From Flavobacteriales bacterium (lineage in GTDB: Bacteria; Bacteroidota; Bacteroidia; Flavobacteriales_F; PHOS-HE28), in assembly GCA_046595075.1 (NCBI GenBank), contig JBKJPT010000098.1, forward strand, positions 1 to 54,857: DNA of 54,857 bases, written 5' to 3'. The notes beneath the pieces are model-generated. The model was not told where the DNA came from and searched no databases. It was given only the letters and a program-made list of their open reading frames with translations. The translations under genes were made by a program, and so were the position numbers. Position 1 is the first letter of the stretch. Each line of letters opens with the position of its first letter. Shown here one piece after another: positions 18,964 through 27,048 of the stretch.

Positions 18964-20697
18964 TCAGATATCCGTACCCCTCCAAGGAGCGGCCACGTAA
19001 GGGAATGTGTTTCCAAAATCCGCGTCGTTCGCTTCCACGCCAGTGCTGTATTGGAGCGTGTTGATGAGCAGGTTCGTCACCGGGCTTTGGTTGGGGTTGC
19101 CAGCGTTGTAGTCGTCCATCCACAGGCCAATTGCGGCCAGTGCGACACCACCCACGGCTTGCAGCTCAATGCGCGTTACGTCATCCTCCAAGCGACGCCC
19201 GTTGGGGAAGCCGTCCATGTTGGGAATGAACTGGAGCGAAGCATCGGCGTTGTAAGCAGGATCGGTGAGGCCCGAAACCGCAGCTGCCACGATGCCGAGC
19301 GAACTGAAGGCAGGGTCGTTACGCTGGGTAACAGGCACCGCCATGTTCAAGCGCAGCATATCGCCACCGTTGGGCAGGAAGTTGTTGATGAAGGGCTTGC
19401 CTACGGCGAGCGGGTTGCCCATTTTGCCCGTGGCCAATTGGTATGGAGCCAGGTTGGGCACGCCGGTATGGAAGATCGGCCACAGGTCCACGCTGCGTGG
19501 GCTGTTGTCCGCAGGAAGAAGAAGCGTTCCGAAGATCGCATCGTCCAATGCGGTGCCAGCAACGGCAGCGGTATTCTTTAAGGGCCAAAGGCCGCTTTGC
19601 CCGTTGCCGAAGTCGAAGCCTTGCAAGCTGTTGCGCTGGATACGTAGACCAGCAAAGGCGGGTACCGCTCCACCGAACTGATCGTCATCCATGTACAGCG
19701 CCAGCTCCGGGTTGTAGAAGTAGTTGCCGAAAGTGGCCAGGTTCGCGAGGTCCTCATAAGGGGTGAGTGCGTTCCAGTAGTCCTTGCTGCCGATGGGGAT
19801 CACCGCTTCGTTGGTCAAGGGCATGCCGAGGCGCGACACTTGCACCCAGTTGCCGCTCTCGGAGTAACCGCTGGCATCAAGCGTGCGCATTGCAGGGCGA
19901 CTTGCACTGGCCCATACACCGATCACGAAATCGGGATCGAGGATAGTGGTGGCCATGCTCACGTCCATGCCGTTCTTCTGCAACAGGCTGATGGGGATCT
20001 TCAGACAGATGCTGTGCACGTTGGTGCGTGCAACACCGTCGCGCACAATGCCGCCGTTGTTCTGGCGGGGTGCATCACCCAAGTCAAAAATGCCACCGAG
20101 GTCCACGAAGAAGGGATCATCAGCTGGGCCGCAGTAAACGGTCTCGCCAGAGCTGGCGGTACTGATGGCTGCGATGATCAGCGATTGATAGCTCGCAGCT
20201 CCCAACCCTGCACCGCCTTCGATGCTGCGCGGGCCGATGTTCGGCGGCGGCACTTTGCCGTTGCTGAGCACCGTGGTCCACGTTGCACCGCCGTCCGTGC
20301 TCTTCTCCATCGTGTACATGGTCAGCAGGTTCTGCTGGCCTAGGCGGATGTTGAAGAAGGTGGTGGGATCCTGGTTCGTCTTCGTGAAGGTGAAGCGGTA
20401 GGTCACATCATCACCAGGGGTCATGGTGTTGTTGTCGATGTGGATCTCGTACCGGATCCCTTCGCCGAAGCTGGCGTAGTTAGGGCCACCGAACGCGAGT
20501 TGCGCCGGTATGTAGTTGGCAATGATGGTGATGTAGTTTGGATCATCGGGACTGCGGAAGCAGTACAGATCCGTGTTGTCGGCCAACGGGTCGTTGGCGA
20601 TCAGTGGTGCTTCGCGGTGACTGCTGGCCCAGGCACTTGGCCCGGAGAAAGCACCCAACGCGACCCACGCACTAACAAGCAGCGTCTTGTAGTTCAT
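18964..20697 (-). CDS. DUF4331-family protein (no T9SS tail)
   Basis: Trimmed from the ORF-track start 21012 to the ATG at 20697 (MNYKTLLVSAWVALGAFSGPSAWA signal). This is directly followed by SSHREAPLIANDPLADNTDLYCFRSPDDPN. The protein ends ..FPYVAAPWRGTDI with no sorting domain. Confidence 0.85.
   Translation of the reverse strand: MNYKTLLVSAWVALGAFSGPSAWASSHREAPLIANDPLADNTDLYCFRSPDDPNYITIIANYIPAQLAFGGPNYASFGEGIRYEIHIDNNTMTPGDDVTYRFTFTKTNQDPTTFFNIRLGQQNLLTMYTMEKSTDGGATWTTVLSNGKVPPPNIGPRSIEGGAGLGAASYQSLIIAAISTASSGETVYCGPADDPFFVDLGGIFDLGDAPRQNNGGIVRDGVARTNVHSICLKIPISLLQKNGMDVSMATTILDPDFVIGVWASASRPAMRTLDASGYSESGNWVQVSRLGMPLTNEAVIPIGSKDYWNALTPYEDLANLATFGNYFYNPELALYMDDDQFGGAVPAFAGLRIQRNSLQGFDFGNGQSGLWPLKNTAAVAGTALDDAIFGTLLLPADNSPRSVDLWPIFHTGVPNLAPYQLATGKMGNPLAVGKPFINNFLPNGGDMLRLNMAVPVTQRNDPAFSSLGIVAAAVSGLTDPAYNADASLQFIPNMDGFPNGRRLEDDVTRIELQAVGGVALAAIGLWMDDYNAGNPNQSPVTNLLINTLQYSTGVEANDADFGNTFPYVAAPWRGTDI
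19127..19642. repeat. Copy B of the roughly 515-bp near-identical block shared by the two DUF4331 paralogs
   Basis: See copy A. The exact 92-nt run is at 19457-19548. Confidence 0.8.
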
Positions 20698-21053
20698 CGG
20701 TTTTTGGTTTTGGTTCGGGCGGCGGAGAGTTCCGGCGTCCGGGATCACATACGGGAGAATTAGGCCGATCGGATCGGCAGGGGCTGCTATTGCCGATCCC
20801 TCCTCGATCCTGGGCGGGTGTGTAGCTGGGATCCGCTGCTGGTCGGGGAAACCCGTGTTCACCATTGTGGCCCGAGCGTATTGCGCACGTGGCCTAGGAA
20901 CAATCCGACGGGGCATATTTTCACCAACACGGGAAGCACTGTACACGCTCTGTGGCAGACAATACCGCGAACGATCTTGGCTGCTGGGACCTCCCGAGGA
21001 TCGGATTCCCACCGAAGGCGCATATCCGGATCAAGCCCGACGTGACAAATGCC

Positions 21054-22100
21054 TTACGCCCAAACCGGGCTCCCCTCACTGCAATTCCGGCACATCTCAA
21101 TGCTGCTGCGCGACTTCAGCAGCGTGCTGCGGAAGTCGTTGTAGGCATCGCTGTGCCATAACTCGCGGAAGCTGTGCGTGCGCAGATCGCCGAGGACATG
21201 GTGTGCATCCTTATCGAAGCAGCAGGGTACCACACGCCCGTCCCAAGTGATCACGCAGCTGTGCCACATTTTCCAGCAATTGTCCTCCAACTTATTTCCC
21301 GCAGAGCCGGGACGTTTCCGCTTCAACTCCCACACGCCGTTCGCGTTGCGTCGGTAGCGGGCGTATTTGTCCTGCGTAGGGATCAGCGGGTGATCGTCCT
21401 TCGGCTCGTAGATCTGCGCGGTCTTCAGCCACAGGTCGTCCACGCCGATCTGCTTGGCAAGGGCACGCGCCTCGGGGATCTGGTGTTCGTTCGGTTTCAC
21501 CACCAGGAACTGGAAGACCACGTGAGGGGTGAGGCTCTTTAGCTTCTTCTTCCACTTCACGATCCGTTCCGCGCCCTCGATCACCTTGGCCAGTTCGCCT
21601 TCACGTCGGTAAGCAGAGTAGGTGTCCTGCGTGGTGCCATCGAGCGAGATGATCAATCGCGATAGTCCGCTGCGAACAGTGGCTTCCGCTTTCTCTTCGG
21701 TAAGGAAGTGCGCGTTGGTGCTGGTGTTGGTGTACAGCCCGCGATCGCTGGCGATGCGAACCATGTCCAGGAAGTTGGGATTGATGTACGGCTCCCCTTG
21801 GAAGTAGAATGTGAGGGCCCATAGGTCCGGAGCGAGCTCATCGATCACGCGCGTGAAGAGGTCTTGCTTGAGGTTGCCGGTGGGGCGGGTGAAGGACCGC
21901 AGCCCGCTCGGGCATTCGGGGCACCGCAGGTTGCAGGCCGTGGTAGGCTCGAAGCTGATGCTGAAAGGCAGCCCACCGATGCGTGGATCACCACTGCGCT
22001 TTGCACGCTGGTAGCTCGTCCATAAGCCAGCCGCGTTGCTTAAGCGCCGTGGCGTGGTCTTGCGTGACCACTCGAAGGCATCGCGTGTGCTAGCGAACAT
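21054..22100 (-). CDS. Radical SAM enzyme with a C-terminal SPASM-type auxiliary Fe-S domain
   Basis: CNLRCPEC is a CxxxCxxC motif, in FEPTTACNLRCPECPSG. C-terminal Cys cluster: CWKMWHSCVITWDGRVVPCCFD...MCRNCSEG. The ORF-track TTG start (22109) is trimmed to the ATG at 22100. Confidence 0.85.
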   Translation of the reverse strand: MFASTRDAFEWSRKTTPRRLSNAAGLWTSYQRAKRSGDPRIGGLPFSISFEPTTACNLRCPECPSGLRSFTRPTGNLKQDLFTRVIDELAPDLWALTFYFQGEPYINPNFLDMVRIASDRGLYTNTSTNAHFLTEEKAEATVRSGLSRLIISLDGTTQDTYSAYRREGELAKVIEGAERIVKWKKKLKSLTPHVVFQFLVVKPNEHQIPEARALAKQIGVDDLWLKTAQIYEPKDDHPLIPTQDKYARYRRNANGVWELKRKRPGSAGNKLEDNCWKMWHSCVITWDGRVVPCCFDKDAHHVLGDLRTHSFRELWHSDAYNDFRSTLLKSRSSIEMCRNCSEGSPVWA

Positions 22101-22171
22101 GGCTTGCAAGGTAGAGTGATGACGCAGGTCGTTCCGTTAGGTGGCTACCTTCCCCATCCAATTCCAACGGT

Positions 22172-23962
22172 ATGCGCGGTATTCTCCTCCTGGCAATGGT
22201 CGCTACGCAAGCGCTGCACGCGCAGTTCAGCAATATTTCCTGCACGAACGCAGAGGCATTGCAGGCCATGAAGGGTTTGCACGATCCTGCGGACTATGCG
22301 GCCACAACTGTGATCGACGACCACGAGGCCATCCTCTGTGCACTGCGCAGCGAAGTAAATGCCGATTCGATCAAGGCGGATCTTGAGCGCATCGTGGGTT
22401 TCGGAACGCGACAGACGTATTCCGATACTATGAGCAACACCACGGGTATCGGTGCTGCGCGCCGCTGGGCCTTCGAGCGGTTCCAGCAGTTTTCGGCAGT
22501 GAACGAGGATCGCTTACTGCCTGCTTACTTGCAGTTCGATTATGCGAATGAGGCGGGCGGATGCGGTAGCGCCCAAGGCTGGCGCGATGTGTTGGCCGTA
22601 CTACCAGGTTCGCAGACCACAGGCCATCGCGTCATCATCATCGAAGCGCACCTCGATAGCCGCTGTGCCGACAATTGCGATCCGGCTTGCGAAGCGAACG
22701 GGGCAGAGGACAACGGCAGCGGCAGTGCGCTGGTGTTAGAACTCGCACGCGTGTTGAGCAAGTACACCTTCAACCACACCATCGTGTTCATGCTCGTCAC
22801 CGGCGAAGAGCACGGATTGCTCGGCTCTCGCGCCATGGCCCAGTTCTGTGGAACACAGGGCATCGCCATCAAAGGCGTGCTCAACAACGACATCGTGGGT
22901 GGCATCCTCTGTGGCCACACTGCTTCGCCGCCGGGTTGCGGCGTGCTGGACGAGGTGGACAGTTTGCAAGTGCGCCTCTTCTCGCACATGACCACGCGCG
23001 GCTTGGCGCAGACAACGGCGCTCAGCTACCGCGAAAAGCTGCAAGGAGAAGTGCCAGTGCCCATGTTGGTCACTGTAATGGATCGCGAGGATCGGATCGG
23101 CCGTGGCAGCGATCACATCCCGTTCCGTGAAGCTGGTTACCAGAGTATCCGCATATGCGCGGCCAACGAGCATGGTGATGGTGACCCCAGTGTGGAGGGC
23201 TATGATGATCGCCAGCACACCAGCAACGACATTCTCGGAGTGGACACCGACGGTGATCTGCTCGTCGATAGCTTCTTCGTGGACTTCAACTACCTGCAAC
23301 GTAACGCTGTGATCAATGGTATGGAGGCCACCTTGCTAGCCCTTGGCCCTGGAACGCCGACCTATATGGTGCTCGATGAACCTACTGGATTGCGCGTGGT
23401 GATCAATGGCGGTCCACAATGGGTGCAATACCGCGTAGGTGTGCGCGGCCTCAATTCGCCACCAGCGTTCGACTACATGTATCGCACAGACCAGACCAGC
23501 TACCTCGTTCCGGGCCTCAACGGTTCCGCCGTGTACTATGTGAGCGTGGCTGGCGTAGATGCCGAAGGGATCACCGGCATCTTCGGACCGGAGCAAGTGC
23601 GCGGCAATGATGTGGCCACACCTGCGGCCGCGATCGATGACCTGCCCTTTGGTCTTTCGTGCATGCCTATTGGGATCAGCGAGAACCAGAGCGCATCTGA
23701 AGTTCATATGCTGGAGTGCAACCCTAACCCGTTCTGTCTTACGGCTGCGATCAGGCTCACGGCTGCGGCCCCTACTGATGGAAGGGCCTTCATCGTGGTG
23801 CGCGATATGTTCGGCCGCACTGTGGAGCAACTTCCACTGGCGCTTCGAACTGCTGGCACGCTGGTGCAATACCATCACACGCGATCGCCGGGCCTGTTCG
23901 TGGCCGCTCTGATGGTCGATGGCCAGAGCGTTGACATGATCCGCATCGTGGCCGTGGAGTGA
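22172..23962 (+). CDS. M28-family zinc aminopeptidase with a T9SS C-terminal sorting domain
   Basis: IIIEAHLDSR, GAEDNGSGSALVLELARVL, FMLVTGEEHGLLGSRA and SDHIPF are M28 metal-ligand/active-site motifs. The tail is NPNPF..IVVRDMFGRTV..GLFVAALMVDG. Confidence 0.85.
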   Translation: MRGILLLAMVATQALHAQFSNISCTNAEALQAMKGLHDPADYAATTVIDDHEAILCALRSEVNADSIKADLERIVGFGTRQTYSDTMSNTTGIGAARRWAFERFQQFSAVNEDRLLPAYLQFDYANEAGGCGSAQGWRDVLAVLPGSQTTGHRVIIIEAHLDSRCADNCDPACEANGAEDNGSGSALVLELARVLSKYTFNHTIVFMLVTGEEHGLLGSRAMAQFCGTQGIAIKGVLNNDIVGGILCGHTASPPGCGVLDEVDSLQVRLFSHMTTRGLAQTTALSYREKLQGEVPVPMLVTVMDREDRIGRGSDHIPFREAGYQSIRICAANEHGDGDPSVEGYDDRQHTSNDILGVDTDGDLLVDSFFVDFNYLQRNAVINGMEATLLALGPGTPTYMVLDEPTGLRVVINGGPQWVQYRVGVRGLNSPPAFDYMYRTDQTSYLVPGLNGSAVYYVSVAGVDAEGITGIFGPEQVRGNDVATPAAAIDDLPFGLSCMPIGISENQSASEVHMLECNPNPFCLTAAIRLTAAAPTDGRAFIVVRDMFGRTVEQLPLALRTAGTLVQYHHTRSPGLFVAALMVDGQSVDMIRIVAVE

Positions 23963-23965
23963 GGG

Positions 23966-25063
23966 TCAACGCGGGGCTACACGCGCCTTCGCCAGCTCGG
24001 AATAGAAGCCTCCTCCGTTCGCTACCCGTTGGTAGGCAGCGATCGATCCGGGGTCGTCCATGCGGTCCAACGTCAGCGCATGGTACCAGGATGCTTCTTC
24101 ATCGAACACGTTCACGGGATGCGTGGCGGCGCGCTGCAAAAAGGTGCGCGCTCGTTCGTAGAGTCCAAGGTTGTACGAACATAGCCCAGCATAGAACAGT
24201 GCGTTCACATCGTCGGGATATTGTGAGAGAACGAATCGCAGATCGTCCAAGCAGCCTTTGTGGTCGTTGTTGCTAAAGCGGTACAGTGCCTCGTCCATGA
24301 ATTCAGTGTATGAGAGCAGGACATCCTGCGCACGAAGGCTGTCCCTTCGTGCGGCATCGGCGAAACGTGCCGCCACATGTTCATCTGAGAGCTCCAAGGC
24401 CGGGTCGTTGCCGTAGAGTTCTTTCGGATGAACGAGCTTCAGGTCGTGCAGGAAGAGCAATTGTCTGTTGGTGTGGGAACGACCCGCCGATCTCACTGAA
24501 GTGGGTGATGTGGTGCTGCTCAGGTCTGTCTTGCGCGGATCCACTCGTTCGATCGTGGTCTCTCGCGGCACTGCCAGTCGGGCGGCTTCACGTGTGTGCA
24601 AGGCCATTCGTTCGTGGCCGATGCGTTCAGGTCGTGGTTGCTCCACGGCTGCAAGGATCTCGGCATTGGCCAGTGGTGCACCATCGTGATCGGTGATGGT
24701 GGATCCCTCGATGCGAGGTGTAGTGGACTCGGCGATCTGCTTCTCCGGTTCCGATGATGAAATGAAGTAGGCGGTGCCCACTACCGCTAGGATCACCGCA
24801 GTACCACCGCCGATCCACCAAGCGTTTTGCACACCGCGCGGTGCAGCTGGGCGCATGTGATCCAGTGAACGAGCCGCATCTACCGCTCCCGTGTATTTCA
24901 ATCCCTCCACGGCATCGCGAACCAGCGGGTCGTGTTCCATGTGGGCTTCTACAGCGTGTTGTTCCGCAGGCGAGAGCTGGCCTTGCGCGTACGCAAGCAA
25001 TTCTTCCCGCGTGGGTGGTCCGGCGCGATCGAAGGGGTGCATGTCAGGCGTTCTGGTCGGCAT
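23966..25063 (-). CDS. Anti-sigma-factor-like single-pass membrane protein with a C-terminal TPR-like domain
   Basis: N-terminus ..REELLAYAQGQLSPAEQHAVEAHMEHDPLVRDAVEGL resembles anti-sigma N-terminal helices. One TM segment (WWIGGGTAVILAVVGTAYFI). Lies directly downstream of and overlapping an ECF sigma gene. The start is ambiguous: ATG at 25063 or at 25042. Confidence 0.6.
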   Translation of the reverse strand: MPTRTPDMHPFDRAGPPTREELLAYAQGQLSPAEQHAVEAHMEHDPLVRDAVEGLKYTGAVDAARSLDHMRPAAPRGVQNAWWIGGGTAVILAVVGTAYFISSSEPEKQIAESTTPRIEGSTITDHDGAPLANAEILAAVEQPRPERIGHERMALHTREAARLAVPRETTIERVDPRKTDLSSTTSPTSVRSAGRSHTNRQLLFLHDLKLVHPKELYGNDPALELSDEHVAARFADAARRDSLRAQDVLLSYTEFMDEALYRFSNNDHKGCLDDLRFVLSQYPDDVNALFYAGLCSYNLGLYERARTFLQRAATHPVNVFDEEASWYHALTLDRMDDPGSIAAYQRVANGGGFYSELAKARVAPR

Positions 25064-25610
25064 GACGGTGTAGGTAAAGGCCCAGGTTGCGGCGGCCGTT
25101 CTGCAAATGGCTGCGCACTTGTTCAATGCTGAAGCCCGTGAGCTCGGCGGTGCGCTCGTAGCTCTGGCGTTCGAGGTGGAAGTGCCGGATGCAATTGCGC
25201 TGCGCCTCGTTCAGCGTCTCGATGGCGCGTTCAAGCTGTTGCAAAGTGGCTTCGTGCAATCGAGCCTCCTCGCTGTTCTCGTCGGAAGCTTGCAGCAATT
25301 CTTCTGGGATCGCGCTGGAGCGGAGGTCCTTCCGCAAGACCATGAGGCAGCGGTTGCGCATCACCGTATGCACCCATGCACGGAAGTGCTCCACTTCATG
25401 TTTCCGCACCAGCTCCGGTAGTGTGGTGAAGAGGTCCACCACGGTGTCCTGAGCCTGTTCGGTGTCCTTCAGGTATTTCATGCCTACACCGAAGAGCAGA
25501 TGCGCATAGCGGTCCCAGAGGTCGCCCAACGCACTCTGGTGCCCACCACGGATGGCGAGCACCAGGTCTTCATCGCTCGTGGCGATCGTGGTGCGGCTGC
25601 GCTGGAACAT
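25044..25610 (-). CDS. ECF-type RNA polymerase sigma-70 family factor
   Basis: Region 2 (LWDRYAHLLFGVGMKYLKD..AQDTVVDLF, FRAWVHTVMRNRCL) and region 4 (LNEAQRNCIRHFHLERQSYERTAELTGFSIEQVRSHLQNGRRNL). Confidence 0.9.
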   Translation of the reverse strand: MFQRSRTTIATSDEDLVLAIRGGHQSALGDLWDRYAHLLFGVGMKYLKDTEQAQDTVVDLFTTLPELVRKHEVEHFRAWVHTVMRNRCLMVLRKDLRSSAIPEELLQASDENSEEARLHEATLQQLERAIETLNEAQRNCIRHFHLERQSYERTAELTGFSIEQVRSHLQNGRRNLGLYLHRHADQNA

Positions 25611-25613
25611 GGA

Positions 25614-26369
25614 TCAGTCCGCAAGTTCGCGCTCCTCCGCTTCTTCACGCGCTTTGCGTTGCGCGTAATGGTACATCTCTGCGTAGGTCTTGGTCTCGAT
25701 CACGATCACGCCGCCGGTCACGTCGCCATAGCGGGCGGGCAATCCACCGGTGTACACGCTCACGCTACTGATCGCCGATGGCGGCACGCGCGGCACGGCC
25801 CCGCTCACCTTCACCCCATCGATGTAGCTCGCCATGTTCTCCGTCCGCGATCCGCGGAAGTAGAGTCCATCGCCGTTGGGTGCGGCAGTGACACCAGCGA
25901 ATTGCGAACTTACCAAGCCGAGGGTGTTCTTGGCGGTGGGCACTTTCTCGATCTCTGATGCCAGGAGCGTCATGACCCCGGGATTGTTCGGTTCGATCAA
26001 GGGGCGGCGATAAATGATGAACTCTGGAATGCTGTCCAGCCCAGCGCTTGCGATCATGTGTTGGTTGGGCAGAAAGGTGATCCGATCGGCGATCACCTCC
26101 ACGCCCTGCACGGTGATCGGCTTGGTGCCCACGTAGGAGATCTTGACGCTATACACACCCGGCTCCAGCGGTTTCAGGATGAAGCGACCATCAATATCCG
26201 TAACGGTGCCGAAGAGAGCGCCGTCACGATCGATGTACACGTTGGCCCCGACCTGTTCGGTGCCGTCTGGTGCGATGATCTTGCCGCGGATCTCGCCGAG
26301 GTTCTGTGCTTCGAGGAGGGAAGGGCTGCTGAGCGCGGTAAGCAGTAGGAGTGATTTCAAGGTGCGCAT
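25614..26369 (-). CDS. Carboxypeptidase-regulatory-like domain plus TonB-receptor plug domain, with no beta-barrel
   Basis: Signal peptide, then IRGKIIAPDG..GANVYI..TDIDGRFILKPLEPGVYSVKISYVG (CarboxypepD_reg). Plug motifs: YFRGSRTENMASYIDGVKVSG, VYTGGLPARYGDVTGGVIVIETK. The protein ends after 251 aa with a charged tail. Confidence 0.75.
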   Translation of the reverse strand: MRTLKSLLLLTALSSPSLLEAQNLGEIRGKIIAPDGTEQVGANVYIDRDGALFGTVTDIDGRFILKPLEPGVYSVKISYVGTKPITVQGVEVIADRITFLPNQHMIASAGLDSIPEFIIYRRPLIEPNNPGVMTLLASEIEKVPTAKNTLGLVSSQFAGVTAAPNGDGLYFRGSRTENMASYIDGVKVSGAVPRVPPSAISSVSVYTGGLPARYGDVTGGVIVIETKTYAEMYHYAQRKAREEAEERELAD

Positions 26370-26418
26370 CGTGGTTCGTTTCCACTAGGATGCGCGAGCG
26401 ACCCGGATCGCACAAGCC

Positions 26419-27048
26419 CTACAACTCTTCTGCAACTACTTCCCTAACGCCCGGCACCTCGTGCTTCAGCATGTTCTCGATGCCTTGCTTTAGGGTAACC
26501 ATACTGCTGGGGCAGCCGCTGCACGCGCCGCGTAGTGTTACGGTGACCACACCTTCCTCGAAGGAGCGGAACGCGATGTGACCGCCATCTCCTTCCACCG
26601 CCGGACGGATGTACTCCTCCAGCACGCGGATGATCTTCTCCTCTTCGGGGTTCTTCGCTTCGGAATGCGTCGTTGCGCGCTCGTTGGCATCGGCAAGTGC
26701 GTGGGCGGGCGCATCATCGTACACCACGCGACCATCGGCGTTCAGGTAGTCCTGGATGTACTCACGCAATTCTAGATGCACCAAGTCCCAAGTGACCGAG
26801 GTGTTCTTGGTCACGGTGATGAAATTGCTGCTGATGAACACGCCCGTAACGAAGGGCAGGTTGAAGACCTTTTCAGCCAGCGGCGAAACACCTGCGGGCT
26901 CCTCTGGTGCGCGGAACTCCAACAAACGACCGTCCTGCACCAACATGCGGCTGCTCACGAACCGCATGGTGGCGGGGTTCGGGGTGCTTTCGGCGTACAC
27001 CGAAACTGGCGGGCGCTTGCTGCTATTGGTGGTGGTCGTTGCTTCCAT
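26419..27048 (-). CDS. NifU/Nfu-family Fe-S cluster assembly protein (Nfu_N plus NifU C-terminal domain)
   Basis: VYAESTPNPATMRF (Nfu N-terminal domain), IRPAVEGDGGHIAF and LRGACSGCPSSMVTLKQGIENMLK (CxxC NifU domain). Trimmed to the ATG at 27048. Confidence 0.85.
   Translation of the reverse strand: MEATTTTNSSKRPPVSVYAESTPNPATMRFVSSRMLVQDGRLLEFRAPEEPAGVSPLAEKVFNLPFVTGVFISSNFITVTKNTSVTWDLVHLELREYIQDYLNADGRVVYDDAPAHALADANERATTHSEAKNPEEEKIIRVLEEYIRPAVEGDGGHIAFRSFEEGVVTVTLRGACSGCPSSMVTLKQGIENMLKHEVPGVREVVAEEL

Noticed and set aside
18964-21012. Long N-terminal extensions of ORF-track ORFs: DUF4331 to 21012, the second DUF4331 to 19016, bamA to 35525, tsf to 9822, nadK to 38074, EEP to 42136, and the hydrolase to 40939.
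   Set aside because: In each case an internal ATG is followed immediately by a canonical signal peptide or by the conserved family N-terminus. The upstream extension overlaps the neighbouring gene or intergenic repeat.
20859-21023. 54-aa minus-strand ORF (MRLRWESDPREVPAAKIVRGIVCHRACTVLPVLVKICPVGLFLGHVRNTLGPQW) just downstream of the radical SAM/SPASM gene, as a possible RiPP precursor.
   Set aside because: There is no leader/core organisation and no repeated Cys-motif pattern. Third-position GC is unremarkable, and it overlaps another open frame in a GC-rich spacer where random ORFs are expected. It is mentioned only as something Ribo-seq could exclude.
20698-21053. Cobalamin or another known riboswitch upstream of the TonB/HupE/DUF4331 cluster.
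   Set aside because: I looked on the minus strand for a B12-box-like core and the conserved GGTG..AA..CC / GCCACTG-type elements. I found only loose fragments (GGTGAAAATATGCCCC, GGTGAACACGGG). That is not enough to call, so the region is kept only as an unexplained leader.
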